A DNA stretch of 64,000 nucleotides from an uncultured delta proteobacterium (GTDB taxonomy: Bacteria > Desulfobacterota > Binatia > UBA9968), in NCBI GenBank assembly GCA_963840855.1, contig CAWJBB010000021.1:96001-160000 (forward strand). Reading direction: 5' to 3'. The position numbers and the translations under genes were made by a program. The notes under the pieces are model-generated. The model was not told where the DNA came from and made no database searches. It saw only the letters and a program-made list of their open reading frames with translations. Positions 48,244 to 58,415 of this stretch are shown here, one piece after another; positions within the stretch are counted from its first letter, which is position 1, and each line of letters opens with the position of its first letter.

Positions 48244-49385
48244 GAAATCATCGCTTTCATAATAAGATCGTGGACATACGGCCGGAAGTCGCGAATTTTT
48301 TCATTCTTGCGGCTTGGGTGCACACGATTGGTCAACAATACAATATAGCAATTTTTCTCCAAATCCCACCAGATCGAAGTTCCGGTGAAGCCCAGATGGC
48401 CCACCGTGCGCGGCGAAAACAAACTGCCGCTGGCCGACCTGCCAGGCGACGGCGTATCCCAACCCATTGCGAAAGTGGAGTTCTCCACGGACTCATCTTT
48501 GGTGAAAAATTGCTCGACAATGGAACGCCGCAGAAAACTATCCTCGCCACGGAGACAACGGCTGAGACAAGCGAGCAAGCGATGCACATCCTGCGCCGAC
48601 GCGAAAAGGCCAGCGTGCCCGGCCACGCCGCCCATCGCGTAGGCGTTGTCATCATGGACTTCGCCGCAGAGAATTTTTCTGCGCCAGGGGCATTGTTCGG
48701 TGGGCGCGATCAACTCCGTAACCGCCTCCACACGGCGCGTTCTAAGCTGCGTAAGATCGACGAAACCCGTAGAGCGCAAGCCCAGCGGCTTATAAATCCG
48801 CTCCAGACAAAACCGGTCCAAAGACTTCCCCGTTACCGCCTCCACCAACTCCCCTAACACGATGAAACCCAGATCGCTGTAGAGGCAATGTGTTCCCGGC
48901 GGCTGCAACGGTTTTTCCCGGTGCACTAGTTCCGTGACATAACTCTTGGCGCCGCGGCTTGCGACAAAATGAATCTTGCCTGCTTTTTCACCCTTGATGA
49001 CCTCCTGGTAATAAGGCTTCCACGCCGGCAAGCCGGAGGTATGCGTCAACAGTTGCCGAACGGTCGTGAGATGTTTTCCGAAAACAGCGAAAGTTGGCAG
49101 GAAACGATTGACGCGATCGTCGATCCGAATTTTTCCCTCGCACGCGAGCAGCATCATCGCCAGCGTCGTCGCCAGCGGCTTGGTCAAGGACGCGAGATCA
49201 AACACGGTACTCGGCTGAAGCGTGGTTTTCTCGGGAAACAGAGAGCGAAAGCCGAAAGCTTGCTCGAATATCACCCGTTCATTCTTCGCCGCCAACACCA
49301 CGGCGCCGGGAAAAATTCCCTGATCAACGGCTTCGCGAAGCGCAGTTTCAACTTGACTAAAATCCATAAATTTAAGCTGGTCCAA
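48240..49385 (-). CDS. Beta-lactamase-fold serine hydrolase
   Basis: FDLASLTK (SxxK), YSDLGF, GEVHDDNA and GHLGFTGTS motifs. Confidence 0.9.
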   Translation of the reverse strand: MDQLKFMDFSQVETALREAVDQGIFPGAVVLAAKNERVIFEQAFGFRSLFPEKTTLQPSTVFDLASLTKPLATTLAMMLLACEGKIRIDDRVNRFLPTFAVFGKHLTTVRQLLTHTSGLPAWKPYYQEVIKGEKAGKIHFVASRGAKSYVTELVHREKPLQPPGTHCLYSDLGFIVLGELVEAVTGKSLDRFCLERIYKPLGLRSTGFVDLTQLRTRRVEAVTELIAPTEQCPWRRKILCGEVHDDNAYAMGGVAGHAGLFASAQDVHRLLACLSRCLRGEDSFLRRSIVEQFFTKDESVENSTFAMGWDTPSPGRSASGSLFSPRTVGHLGFTGTSIWWDLEKNCYIVLLTNRVHPSRKNEKIRDFRPYVHDLIMKAMIS

Positions 49386-49504
49386 TCGCCGTCACGCTCA
49401 ACCGATCTTGGCGGCGGCGCGTCGTCATCGCTAAACGCGATCAAGGGCTGGCATGCGAAGTCCAGCGCGCAACATGAATTGCGGGAGACGTACTAAGCAA
49501 CTCG

Positions 49505-50428
49505 TCAGCGCACGGGCGATTCAAGCAGCGATAACGTGCCCGCATCGCCGTCGAGCAACATCGTAACGCCCAAGGGGAGCGCGAGATTTTCCGCGCCGTG
49601 CCCGGCAGCCATCCCCATGACTACGGGGAAAGGCGCGTCGTGAAACATTTCGGCAATCACCGTCTCGACGTCGCGCGGCCCGTCCCCATCGCACTGGGTA
49701 AAATCACCAAGGACCAAGCCCGCGAGCCCATCGAACTTACCCGCCAACTTGAGATGGATCAACATGCGCTCGATGCGGTAGGGCTTCTCGCCGACATCTT
49801 CGAGGAATAAAATTTTTCCTCGGGTGTCGATTTCGTAGGGCGTTCCGAGTGTGGTCACGAGCAGCGACAGGCAGCCTCCCAGCATGGGCGCCGCGCATTT
49901 GCCTGAGCGTATGGCCTCGCTCAATTGAACGCTCCAGGTTTTTTTCTCGCCGGTCAAAATCTCCCAAAAATGTTCCTTTGCTGGGTCGCTCAATCCACGC
50001 GCCAAATCCATAGCTACCATCGGCGCGTGAAAAGTTACGAGGCCGAAACCCTGCAAAAACCAATTGAGGAGAATAGTAATATCGCTGTAGCCGCAGAATA
50101 TCTTTGGATGGCGCCGGATTTCGGCGTCGAGGAAGGGCAGCAATTGCACCGAGCCGAAGCCGCCGCGCGCGCAAAAGATCGCGTCGATATCGTCACGCAG
50201 GAAAAAGGCCGAAAGGTCTTGTGCTCTGATTTCTCCAGAGCCCGCGAGATAGCCCTTGCGCTCGTGGATCCCCGGCGCCAGTTCGACTTCAAAACACTGT
50301 TCACGAATGGCCGCGAGGCCTGCCGCCAGATCTTCGCTTTCGACACAACCCGCAGGCGCTACTACGCCGATGCGCCCGCCGCGCCGCAGCGGCGCCGGTT
50401 TATGAACGCGCGCCAGTTTTTTCAGCAA
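49505..50428 (-). CDS. ldcA: LD-carboxypeptidase (peptidase S66)
   Basis: RGGFG, GYSDIT, FLEDVGE and GHG motifs; TTG start after AAGGAGG is tentative. Confidence 0.88.
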   Translation of the reverse strand: MLKKLARVHKPAPLRRGGRIGVVAPAGCVESEDLAAGLAAIREQCFEVELAPGIHERKGYLAGSGEIRAQDLSAFFLRDDIDAIFCARGGFGSVQLLPFLDAEIRRHPKIFCGYSDITILLNWFLQGFGLVTFHAPMVAMDLARGLSDPAKEHFWEILTGEKKTWSVQLSEAIRSGKCAAPMLGGCLSLLVTTLGTPYEIDTRGKILFLEDVGEKPYRIERMLIHLKLAGKFDGLAGLVLGDFTQCDGDGPRDVETVIAEMFHDAPFPVVMGMAAGHGAENLALPLGVTMLLDGDAGTLSLLESPVR

Positions 50429-50465
50429 CCCCTCCTTGCGATTCACCGGAGAACTACAATGCTCC

Positions 50466-50700
50466 TGTGGATAAATTAGTTCCTGAATCACCCTCGACTG
50501 TCACGGGAAAAATAATTCTCGCAAAAATGTCGTGAATCTACAAGCAGTTGATCCCGACTATCACGCTCAGCAGTTTCCCCTGACCAGGAAACGCTTTGGT
50601 TGACTTCGCCCGATGGGCTGGTTAAAAAGCGGAAGGTATCAACAACTTGCGGCCGGCGTGTGCACCCATTGTACGGAGCTTATCCACAAATTTATCCACA
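50466..50700. promoter_or_regulatory. Cluster of DnaA boxes
   Basis: TGTGGATAA 50466-50474, TTATCCACA 50680-50688 and TTATCCACA 50692-50700; degenerate GTATCAACA near 50636. Confidence 0.75.
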
Positions 50701-50704
50701 AGCA

Positions 50705-50980
50705 ATGAAAATCAAACCGGAACAACTGGATCGGCTGTCGGCTTTGCTCCTTAAACGCTATTGCGACAAGGAACTGATAGACAGTAAGGTGGCCGACGCC
50801 AACGTCAAAACGAAGATCGCCGCGGTTATTCGCGACAACTTCGCGGAAGAAGAAGCCATCGAAGGGGAAGTGCGCCAAATGCTGGCTGCCCACGCGGGCG
50901 CCACGCGGGACATGGACCCATATAAGATGTTTCTCATTGCCAAGCAGAAGCTTGCCGCCAAGAAGGGATTTATCCTGTGA
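50705..50980 (+). CDS. DUF507-family protein
   Basis: MKIKPEQ...EE.IE.EVR.ML...MF...K.KLA..KGFIL. Confidence 0.75.
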   Translation: MKIKPEQLDRLSALLLKRYCDKELIDSKVADANVKTKIAAVIRDNFAEEEAIEGEVRQMLAAHAGATRDMDPYKMFLIAKQKLAAKKGFIL

Positions 50981-51252
50981 GCCGCCTGTCGGAAAACCGT
51001 ATTTCGCACCTGGCGCATCTCATCATGGACGGCCTGCGGAAGGACAAGCTGGCCGACTTCCCCAATGAAGGCCGGACCCTTGCGGAGACCAAGCAGGTGC
51101 TCAATGAATTCTTTCAGCGCGAGGATCAGCTCGAAGACAGCGTGCGGCAGAAAATTCAATCCCTCTCGCGCCATGTTCCACCCGGCAGCCGGGAGTGGGA
51201 TATCCTGTTTCGAAAGTACTACGAGGAGGAAATGCGCAAGCAAAGGAAGTAA
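50977..51252 (+). CDS. DUF507-family protein
   Basis: RLSENRISHLA...VRQKIQSLSR.VP.GSREWDILF.KYYEEE; GTGA overlap with the upstream gene. Confidence 0.8.
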   Translation: MSRLSENRISHLAHLIMDGLRKDKLADFPNEGRTLAETKQVLNEFFQREDQLEDSVRQKIQSLSRHVPPGSREWDILFRKYYEEEMRKQRK

Positions 51253-51318
51253 ACGGTCCGCGGCACTTTGGCCGGGTTCTGGCTTGGACACAATTTTGCC
51301 ATGCTATTTGATAAAACC

Positions 51319-51346
51319 TTGACAGCAGGCCATTTATGCTTAGATT
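51319..51346 (+). promoter_or_regulatory. Putative sigma70 promoter of groES-groEL
   Basis: TTGACA-N16-TAGATT. Confidence 0.5.
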
Positions 51347-51449
51347 AACCGCGCTTTGTTCTCGCGCGTCCCTGCGCGGCGCACATTTCGTGAGCAGTTT
51401 GTAATAATATCAATTAGTTGGAACCAAAATTCTAAAAAGGAGGCGAGAA

Positions 51450-51740
51450 GTGAAAATTAGGCCTTTACAAGACCGGGTCATTTTAAAAAGGATCGAAGAA
51501 GAGGAAAAAAGCAAGGGTGGAATCATCATTCCCGACACGGCCAAGGAGAAGCCACAGGAAGGAAAGGTGATCGCCGTCGGCAAAGGTAAGGCAAACGAAG
51601 ACGGAAAAATAACCCCTCTTGACGTCAAGGTGAACGACCGCGTGTTGTTCGGCAAATACGCCGGCAGCGAAATCTTCATCGACGGTGAAGAGCACCTGAT
51701 CATGCGCGAGGAAGACATCCTCGGTGTCATTGAAAAGTAA
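51450..51740 (+). CDS. groES: Co-chaperonin GroES
   Basis: [21 protein letters not shown] and KYAG motifs. Confidence 0.98.
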   Translation: MKIRPLQDRVILKRIEEEEKSKGGIIIPDTAKEKPQEGKVIAVGKGKANEDGKITPLDVKVNDRVLFGKYAGSEIFIDGEEHLIMREEDILGVIEK

Positions 51741-53438
<1,698 letters not shown>

Positions 53439-53457
53439 GCATCGCTATCGCCGTTAG

Positions 53458-53503
53458 AGCCCGTTATGCCCAAGTATTTGGTGCATAACGGGCTTTTCTT
53501 TTT
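53458..53503 (+). terminator. Intrinsic terminator after groEL
   Basis: AGCCCGTTATGC...GCATAACGGGCT followed by TTTCTTTTT. Confidence 0.88.
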
Positions 53504-53586
53504 CCTGCGGCTTGACACAAGGAATTTTTCATACTAGGCTTTCGATATAATTTCCTAGCAAATATCACAACTTATGACTCTCGTTC

Positions 53587-54927
53587 ATGTTTGAATCGTT
53601 AACCGAGAAACTCGAGCTGACCTTCAAAAAACTCCGGGGTCAGGGAAAAATCAGCGAGCAAAACATCGACGATGCCTTGCGCGATGTCCGTCTTGCGCTG
53701 TTGGAAGCCGATGTTCATGTCAACGTCGTCAAAAAGTTCCTCGACTCGGTAAAAGCTAAATCTCTCGGGCAAGATGTACTCCTCAGCCTGACGCCGGAAC
53801 AGCAGTTTTTGAAAATCGTCCGGGATGAATTGGTTGCGCTACTAGGCGGCACTTACCAAGAGCTCGACCTCAAAGCCGCCCCACCCGTCGTGATTATGCT
53901 GGTAGGACTGCAAGGGTCCGGTAAGACCACCACGCTCGCCAAGCTCGCCCGGCATTTGAAGAAAGATAAAAAACGCAGTCCCTATCTGGTCCCCGCCGAT
54001 GTCTATCGGCCCGCCGCCATCGAGCAGCTTAAGATTTTGGGCGGCGAACTGGGTCTTCCCGTTTACGACTCTGATCCTAAAATTTCACCCGTAGTGCTCT
54101 GCCGGCAAGCGCTGGACGAAGCCAAAAAGCGTTTTGCCGATGTTCTCCTCATCGACACCGCGGGCCGCTTGCATATCGACGAAGAGCTGATGCAAGAGCT
54201 AGCCGGCATCAAAGACGCGGTTCGGCCGCATCAAATCTTATTCGTAGCCGACGCCATGACTGGACAGGACGCCGTTAATCAGGCCATGGGCTTCGATGGC
54301 AAACTTGGCCTTAGCGGAGTGATTCTTACCAAGCTGGACGGCGACGCTCGCGGCGGCGCTGCTCTTTCCATCCGCGAAATGGTGGGCAAACCGATTCTTT
54401 TTTCTGGCGTGGGCGAAAAGCTTGAGGCGTTGGAGCCGTTTTACCCCGACCGCTTGGCATCGAGAATTCTTGGCATGGGCGACGTGCTCTCGTTGATCGA
54501 TAAAGTGCAGCAAAACGTCGAAGAAAAGGAAGCCGCCCGTTTACAAAAGGCCTTTCAAAAACAACAGTTCACCCTGGAGGAGTTCCAATTGCAGTTGCAG
54601 CAGATCAAACGCATGGGCTCCATGAGTAGCCTCCTCGAAATGATTCCGGGAGGAAAGAAGCTCGCATCCCAGGTAGACGCGCAACAAGCGGAAACCGAAA
54701 TCAAACGGGTGGAGGCGATCATCAACTCGATGACCCTTCAGGAGCGGCGCAATCCGGCGATCTTGAACGGCAACCGCCGCCGCCGCATCGCCGACGGCAG
54801 CGGCACCACCGTCACGGATGTCAACCGGTTGATGAAACAGTTCATGGAAATGAAGAAAATGATGCAAAGGGTAAGCAAGGTGGGAGTGCGATCACTGTTC
54901 AGCCGCATGCCGAATCCTTTTCAGTAA
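53587..54927 (+). CDS. ffh: Signal recognition particle protein
   Basis: GLQGSGKTT, DTAGR, TKLDGDARGG and RILGMGD motifs; M domain. Confidence 0.98.
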   Translation: MFESLTEKLELTFKKLRGQGKISEQNIDDALRDVRLALLEADVHVNVVKKFLDSVKAKSLGQDVLLSLTPEQQFLKIVRDELVALLGGTYQELDLKAAPPVVIMLVGLQGSGKTTTLAKLARHLKKDKKRSPYLVPADVYRPAAIEQLKILGGELGLPVYDSDPKISPVVLCRQALDEAKKRFADVLLIDTAGRLHIDEELMQELAGIKDAVRPHQILFVADAMTGQDAVNQAMGFDGKLGLSGVILTKLDGDARGGAALSIREMVGKPILFSGVGEKLEALEPFYPDRLASRILGMGDVLSLIDKVQQNVEEKEAARLQKAFQKQQFTLEEFQLQLQQIKRMGSMSSLLEMIPGGKKLASQVDAQQAETEIKRVEAIINSMTLQERRNPAILNGNRRRRIADGSGTTVTDVNRLMKQFMEMKKMMQRVSKVGVRSLFSRMPNPFQ

Positions 54928-54942
54928 ATAAGGAAAAACAGA

Positions 54943-55188
54943 ATGAGTGTAACAATTCGTTTAAGCAGACATGGTGCCAAGAAAAGGCCCTTCTATCGCA
55001 TCGTCGTAAGCGACCGGCGCTTTCCCCGCGATGGCCGCTACATCGAGCAGGTGGGGACCTACGATCCCAGCGCCGCCAGCGGCGGGGTTAAGCTCAATCG
55101 CGAAAAAATCGACAGCTGGATCAAGAACGGCGCACAGCCAAGCCAGACCGTCTCCGAGCTGATCAAGAAAGAGAAGAAAGCCAGCTAG
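54943..55188 (+). CDS. rpsP: 30S ribosomal protein S16
   Basis: [23 protein letters not shown]. Confidence 0.98.
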   Translation: MSVTIRLSRHGAKKRPFYRIVVSDRRFPRDGRYIEQVGTYDPSAASGGVKLNREKIDSWIKNGAQPSQTVSELIKKEKKAS

Positions 55189-55215
55189 ATATTCCGAAAG
55201 GAGGCCATCTCCTTC

Positions 55216-55452
55216 ATGAGAGATTTAGTCCAATATCTGGCGAAGTCCCTGGTCAGCAAGCCGGACGCGGTCGAGGTCAAGGAGACCGAAGGAGACACGG
55301 CGTCTATCGTGGAGTTGAAAGTGGCCAAGGAAGACCTCGGACGAATCATCGGCAAGCAAGGCCGAACGGCGAAATCAATTCGTACGATCCTGAATGCCGC
55401 GGCTTCGAGAACCAATCGTAAGGTCGTTCTCGAAATCGTTGAAGAAAGTTAA
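55216..55452 (+). CDS. khpA: KH-domain RNA-binding protein
   Basis: DLGRIIGKQGRTAKSIR; located between rpsP and rimM. Confidence 0.93.
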   Translation: MRDLVQYLAKSLVSKPDAVEVKETEGDTASIVELKVAKEDLGRIIGKQGRTAKSIRTILNAAASRTNRKVVLEIVEES

Positions 55453-55474
55453 GCGTTTTTCTCCTACCAAACCC

Positions 55475-55987
55475 GTGTCTGAGCGACTGGTTCCCTTTGG
55501 GGAAATCGTCACGACCCACGGTCTTGAAGGGTGGTTAAAACTAAACCCCTTCAACCCGGAAACCACCGCGTTCGATTCAATCCGGGAAGTTTACCTCGTG
55601 CACGATGGCGCACGGTTGTCGCACCGGCTTGAGGCATACCGGCCCCACAACCGCCAGATTCTCGTCAAGCTTCATAGCGTCGATTGTATCGATGCGGCTA
55701 AACTTTTGGTTGGCGCAACGCTTTGTGTGGCCGAAGATTCTCTGCCTGCTTTAAAGCCTGGCCAGTATTATCACTTTCAGGCTATCGGTCTCGAAGTCTT
55801 CGACGTGCGGGGAAATCGGCTCGGAACGGTCACCGGGACCTGGTCCGCTGGAGGCGGAGAAATCTACGTCGTCGCCGGGGGCGGCAAGGAATACCTGATC
55901 CCGGCGGTTAAAGAGATCGTCGAGAGTATCGACTTCGATGCCGGGATAATGCTAATTAACCCGCCGGAAGGGCTATTGAACCTTTAA
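55475..55987 (+). CDS. rimM: Ribosome maturation factor
   Basis: G.I...HGL.G, YY....IGL.V and YLIPAV motifs; GTG start. Confidence 0.92.
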   Translation: MSERLVPFGEIVTTHGLEGWLKLNPFNPETTAFDSIREVYLVHDGARLSHRLEAYRPHNRQILVKLHSVDCIDAAKLLVGATLCVAEDSLPALKPGQYYHFQAIGLEVFDVRGNRLGTVTGTWSAGGGEIYVVAGGGKEYLIPAVKEIVESIDFDAGIMLINPPEGLLNL

Positions 55988-56002
55988 CCAACAACAGTTG
56001 GA

Positions 56003-56113
56003 GTTCAAGGTTCAAAAGTTCAACGTTCAACGTCCCCTCCCCACTTTGAACCTTGAACATTGAACTTTGAACCGCGCGCCAGAGGCGCGTTACGTTGAAC
56101 CTTGAACTTTGAC
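56003..56113. repeat. Inverted pair of 7-mer arrays inside the rimM-trmD operon
   Basis: gttcaag gttcaaaa gttcaac gttcaac ... tttgaac cttgaac attgaac tttgaac [cgcgcc-aga-ggcgcg] gttgaac cttgaac tttgac. Confidence 0.9.
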
Positions 56114-56117
56114 AGTC

Positions 56118-57395
56118 ATGACCACCTTTACCGTCGTTACGATCTTTCCGCGGATGTTTGAGTCGCTTCTTGGCCATAGCATTCTTCGCAGGGCTCAGGA
56201 AAAAAATCTTATTTCCATCAACCTGATGGACCCGCGGCTCTACGCCACCGACCGCCATCGTATGACCGATGACTATCCCTATGGCGGCGGCCAAGGCATG
56301 GTCATGAAAGTCGAGCCGTTGGTTGGAGCCATAGAGGAAATCCGTAATTTTCCCGGCAATACCCGCGTTATTTTGCTTTCGCCTCAAGGACGCGTCTTCA
56401 ACCAAGAAATCGCGGCGCGCCTGGCCCATGAAGAACGGATTGTCCTGGTTTGCGGCCGCTACGAGGGCATCGATGAGCGGGTAAAAACCTTCGTTGACGA
56501 AGAATTGTCGGTGGGCGACTACACGTTGAGCGGCGGCGAACCAGCGGCCCTGGTGGTCATCGACGCGGTGTCCAGGCTGATTCCCGGTGTGCTCGGCAAC
56601 GAAGCGTCGACCGCCGATGAATCCTTTGCGGACGGACTGCTCGAGTATCCGCAGTATACCCGGCCCGAAGATTTTCGCGGCATGAAAGTTCCGGAGATTT
56701 TGCTGTCCGGGGATCATGAGCGGATTCGCCAATGGCGGCGTGAGCAAAGTCTCACGATCACGCGGCAGCGACGTCCCGATCTCATCGCCAAGTTCGCGCT
56801 CACGGAACAGAACCGCCGCGCAGTCCACGCCACCCGGGCGCGGGTTTTTTTGGCCCTGCTCCATCACCCGGTCTACGATAAGAATAAGCAAGTCGTTACC
56901 ACGGCGGTCACGAACATGGATATTCATGACATCGCCCGCTCGGCCCGCACCTACGGCGTCAGAGGCTTTTATGTGGTCACGCCGGTGAAGGCGCTGCAAA
57001 AACTTGCCCTTAAAATCCTCGAGCATTGGGAAATTGGCTACGGTAGCCAATACAATACGACGCGCAAAGAAGCGCTGTCAGTGGCGCGCATCCGCGACGC
57101 GCTGGATGACGTACTCATCGATATCGAGCGAGAGACCGGGGAAAAGCCGCTCATCATCGTAACTTCGGCACGGGCTGGCGAGGGCCGGACCTCTTTCGCG
57201 GCGCTCAAAGAAATGTTAATAAGTAAGGCTCACCCTTTCCTGATCCTGCTCGGAACCGGATGGGGATTAACCGAGAGTGTCTTCGCGCGAGCAGACTACG
57301 TCCTAGAGCCCATCGAAGGAACCGCGGACTATAACCACTTATCAGTGCGGTCGGCAGCGGCAATTATGTTGGACCGGCTGTTGGGAGGCAGATAG
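56118..57395 (+). CDS. trmD: tRNA m1G37 methyltransferase fused to a second SPOUT domain (Tm1570/DUF2168-like)
   Basis: DD.PYGGG.GM, CGRYEGIDER, GDY.LSGGE and YPQYTRP, then in frame ALLHHPV, TTAVTNMDIHDIAR, LGTGWGL and YNHLSVRSA. Confidence 0.95.
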   Translation: MTTFTVVTIFPRMFESLLGHSILRRAQEKNLISINLMDPRLYATDRHRMTDDYPYGGGQGMVMKVEPLVGAIEEIRNFPGNTRVILLSPQGRVFNQEIAARLAHEERIVLVCGRYEGIDERVKTFVDEELSVGDYTLSGGEPAALVVIDAVSRLIPGVLGNEASTADESFADGLLEYPQYTRPEDFRGMKVPEILLSGDHERIRQWRREQSLTITRQRRPDLIAKFALTEQNRRAVHATRARVFLALLHHPVYDKNKQVVTTAVTNMDIHDIARSARTYGVRGFYVVTPVKALQKLALKILEHWEIGYGSQYNTTRKEALSVARIRDALDDVLIDIERETGEKPLIIVTSARAGEGRTSFAALKEMLISKAHPFLILLGTGWGLTESVFARADYVLEPIEGTADYNHLSVRSAAAIMLDRLLGGR

Positions 57396-57434
57396 AGGTT
57401 AGCAGGGTGCTGAAGAACGCTGCAGGAGTACGCC

Positions 57435-57776
57435 ATGGATATCGTAAACCAATTGGAATCGGAGCAATCGAAAAAAGAAATCCCCGTGCTACGTCCGGGC
57501 GAGACCGTTCGGGTCCACGTCAAGGTCATCGAAGGCGAAAAAGAGCGAACTCAGGTTTTCGAGGGAACAGTGATCGGACTCTCCGGCGGCAGCAACCGCG
57601 CCACGTTTACGGTACGCAAGATTTCTTACGGCGTGGGCGTCGAACGTGTCTTCCCGATCCACTCACCGCGCATCGATAAAATCGAAGTGGTATCCCGAGG
57701 CAAAGTCCGCCGCGCCAAGCTCTACTTTTTGCGGCAGCGATCCGGCAAGGCGGCCCGGTTAACCGGCGAAGACTGA
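57435..57776 (+). CDS. rplS: 50S ribosomal protein L19
   Basis: [24 protein letters not shown] and VRRAKLY motifs. Confidence 0.98.
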   Translation: MDIVNQLESEQSKKEIPVLRPGETVRVHVKVIEGEKERTQVFEGTVIGLSGGSNRATFTVRKISYGVGVERVFPIHSPRIDKIEVVSRGKVRRAKLYFLRQRSGKAARLTGED

Positions 57777-57798
57777 GCGGCCCGCCAAGCGTGGCCGT

Positions 57799-58164
57799 TT
57801 AACGCCCGCCGAGGATTTGTCCCTTGCCGTCGAACACCGCTCCAGGGTGAATTCTTATTTCCGCCGCTTTAACCTCTCCCTGAAACTCGCCTCCCGGCAT
57901 AATCTCGAAGCAGCCGATGACTTGAACATTACCGCTCAGTTTTCCCTCTACCTGGAGTTGCCGCGCGGAAACGTAGGCGTCCACCCGGGCGTTGGAGCCA
58001 ATCACCAGGAGCTCGGCAGCTTTCAATTCACCGGTAAACCGGCTATCGATCTTCACCGGCAGATCGTAACTGAGTTTGCCCGAAATCGATGAATTGGGGA
58101 ACAACACGGTTCTGACGCCGCCTTGTGTCGGAAAAGAACCATTGCTGTCAGTTTTTCCCGCCAT
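57799..58164 (-). CDS. Bactofilin (polymer-forming cytoskeletal protein)
   Basis: T.L....I.G.L, L.IG..A.V, V.G.L.G.V and I..GA.F.G beta-helix pattern. Confidence 0.85.
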   Translation of the reverse strand: MAGKTDSNGSFPTQGGVRTVLFPNSSISGKLSYDLPVKIDSRFTGELKAAELLVIGSNARVDAYVSARQLQVEGKLSGNVQVIGCFEIMPGGEFQGEVKAAEIRIHPGAVFDGKGQILGGR

Positions 58165-58266
58165 CCCGTAATTCCTCTTTCATTCGCAACATACCACCCC
58201 GATATGGATAACAAAAGCAGCCACTGGCGAGTGGAAAGTCCAACCTCTCGGGAACGCATTCGTCAC

Positions 58267-58329
58267 CCTGAACTTTGAACATTGAACCTTAAACCTTGAA
58301 CTTATCGCTTTGAATCCAGAACTTCGAAG
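58267..58329. repeat. 7-mer TTGAAC array
   Basis: cctgaac tttgaac attgaac cttaaac cttgaac ttatcgc tttgaat ccagaac ttcgaag. Confidence 0.85.
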
Positions 58330-58415
58330 TGAATCAATCTTCGGACCGGAGGGGGACAAGCCCGATGGCGCCGCCGGGTGTGAATAATCCAGGCCAGTTG
58401 TGCTAGCGTGATGCC

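Noticed and set aside
48240-49385. Class C beta-lactamase resistance gene
   Set aside because: Has GHLGFTG rather than KTG, no signal peptide, and a peptidoglycan-recycling context.
51253-51449. CIRCE operator upstream of groES
   Set aside because: No TTAGCACTC-N9-GAGTGCTAA seen.
56003-56113. Possible CRISPR array in the TTGAAC-rich repeats
   Set aside because: Units are contiguous 7-9-mers without unique spacers, and there are no cas genes in the window.
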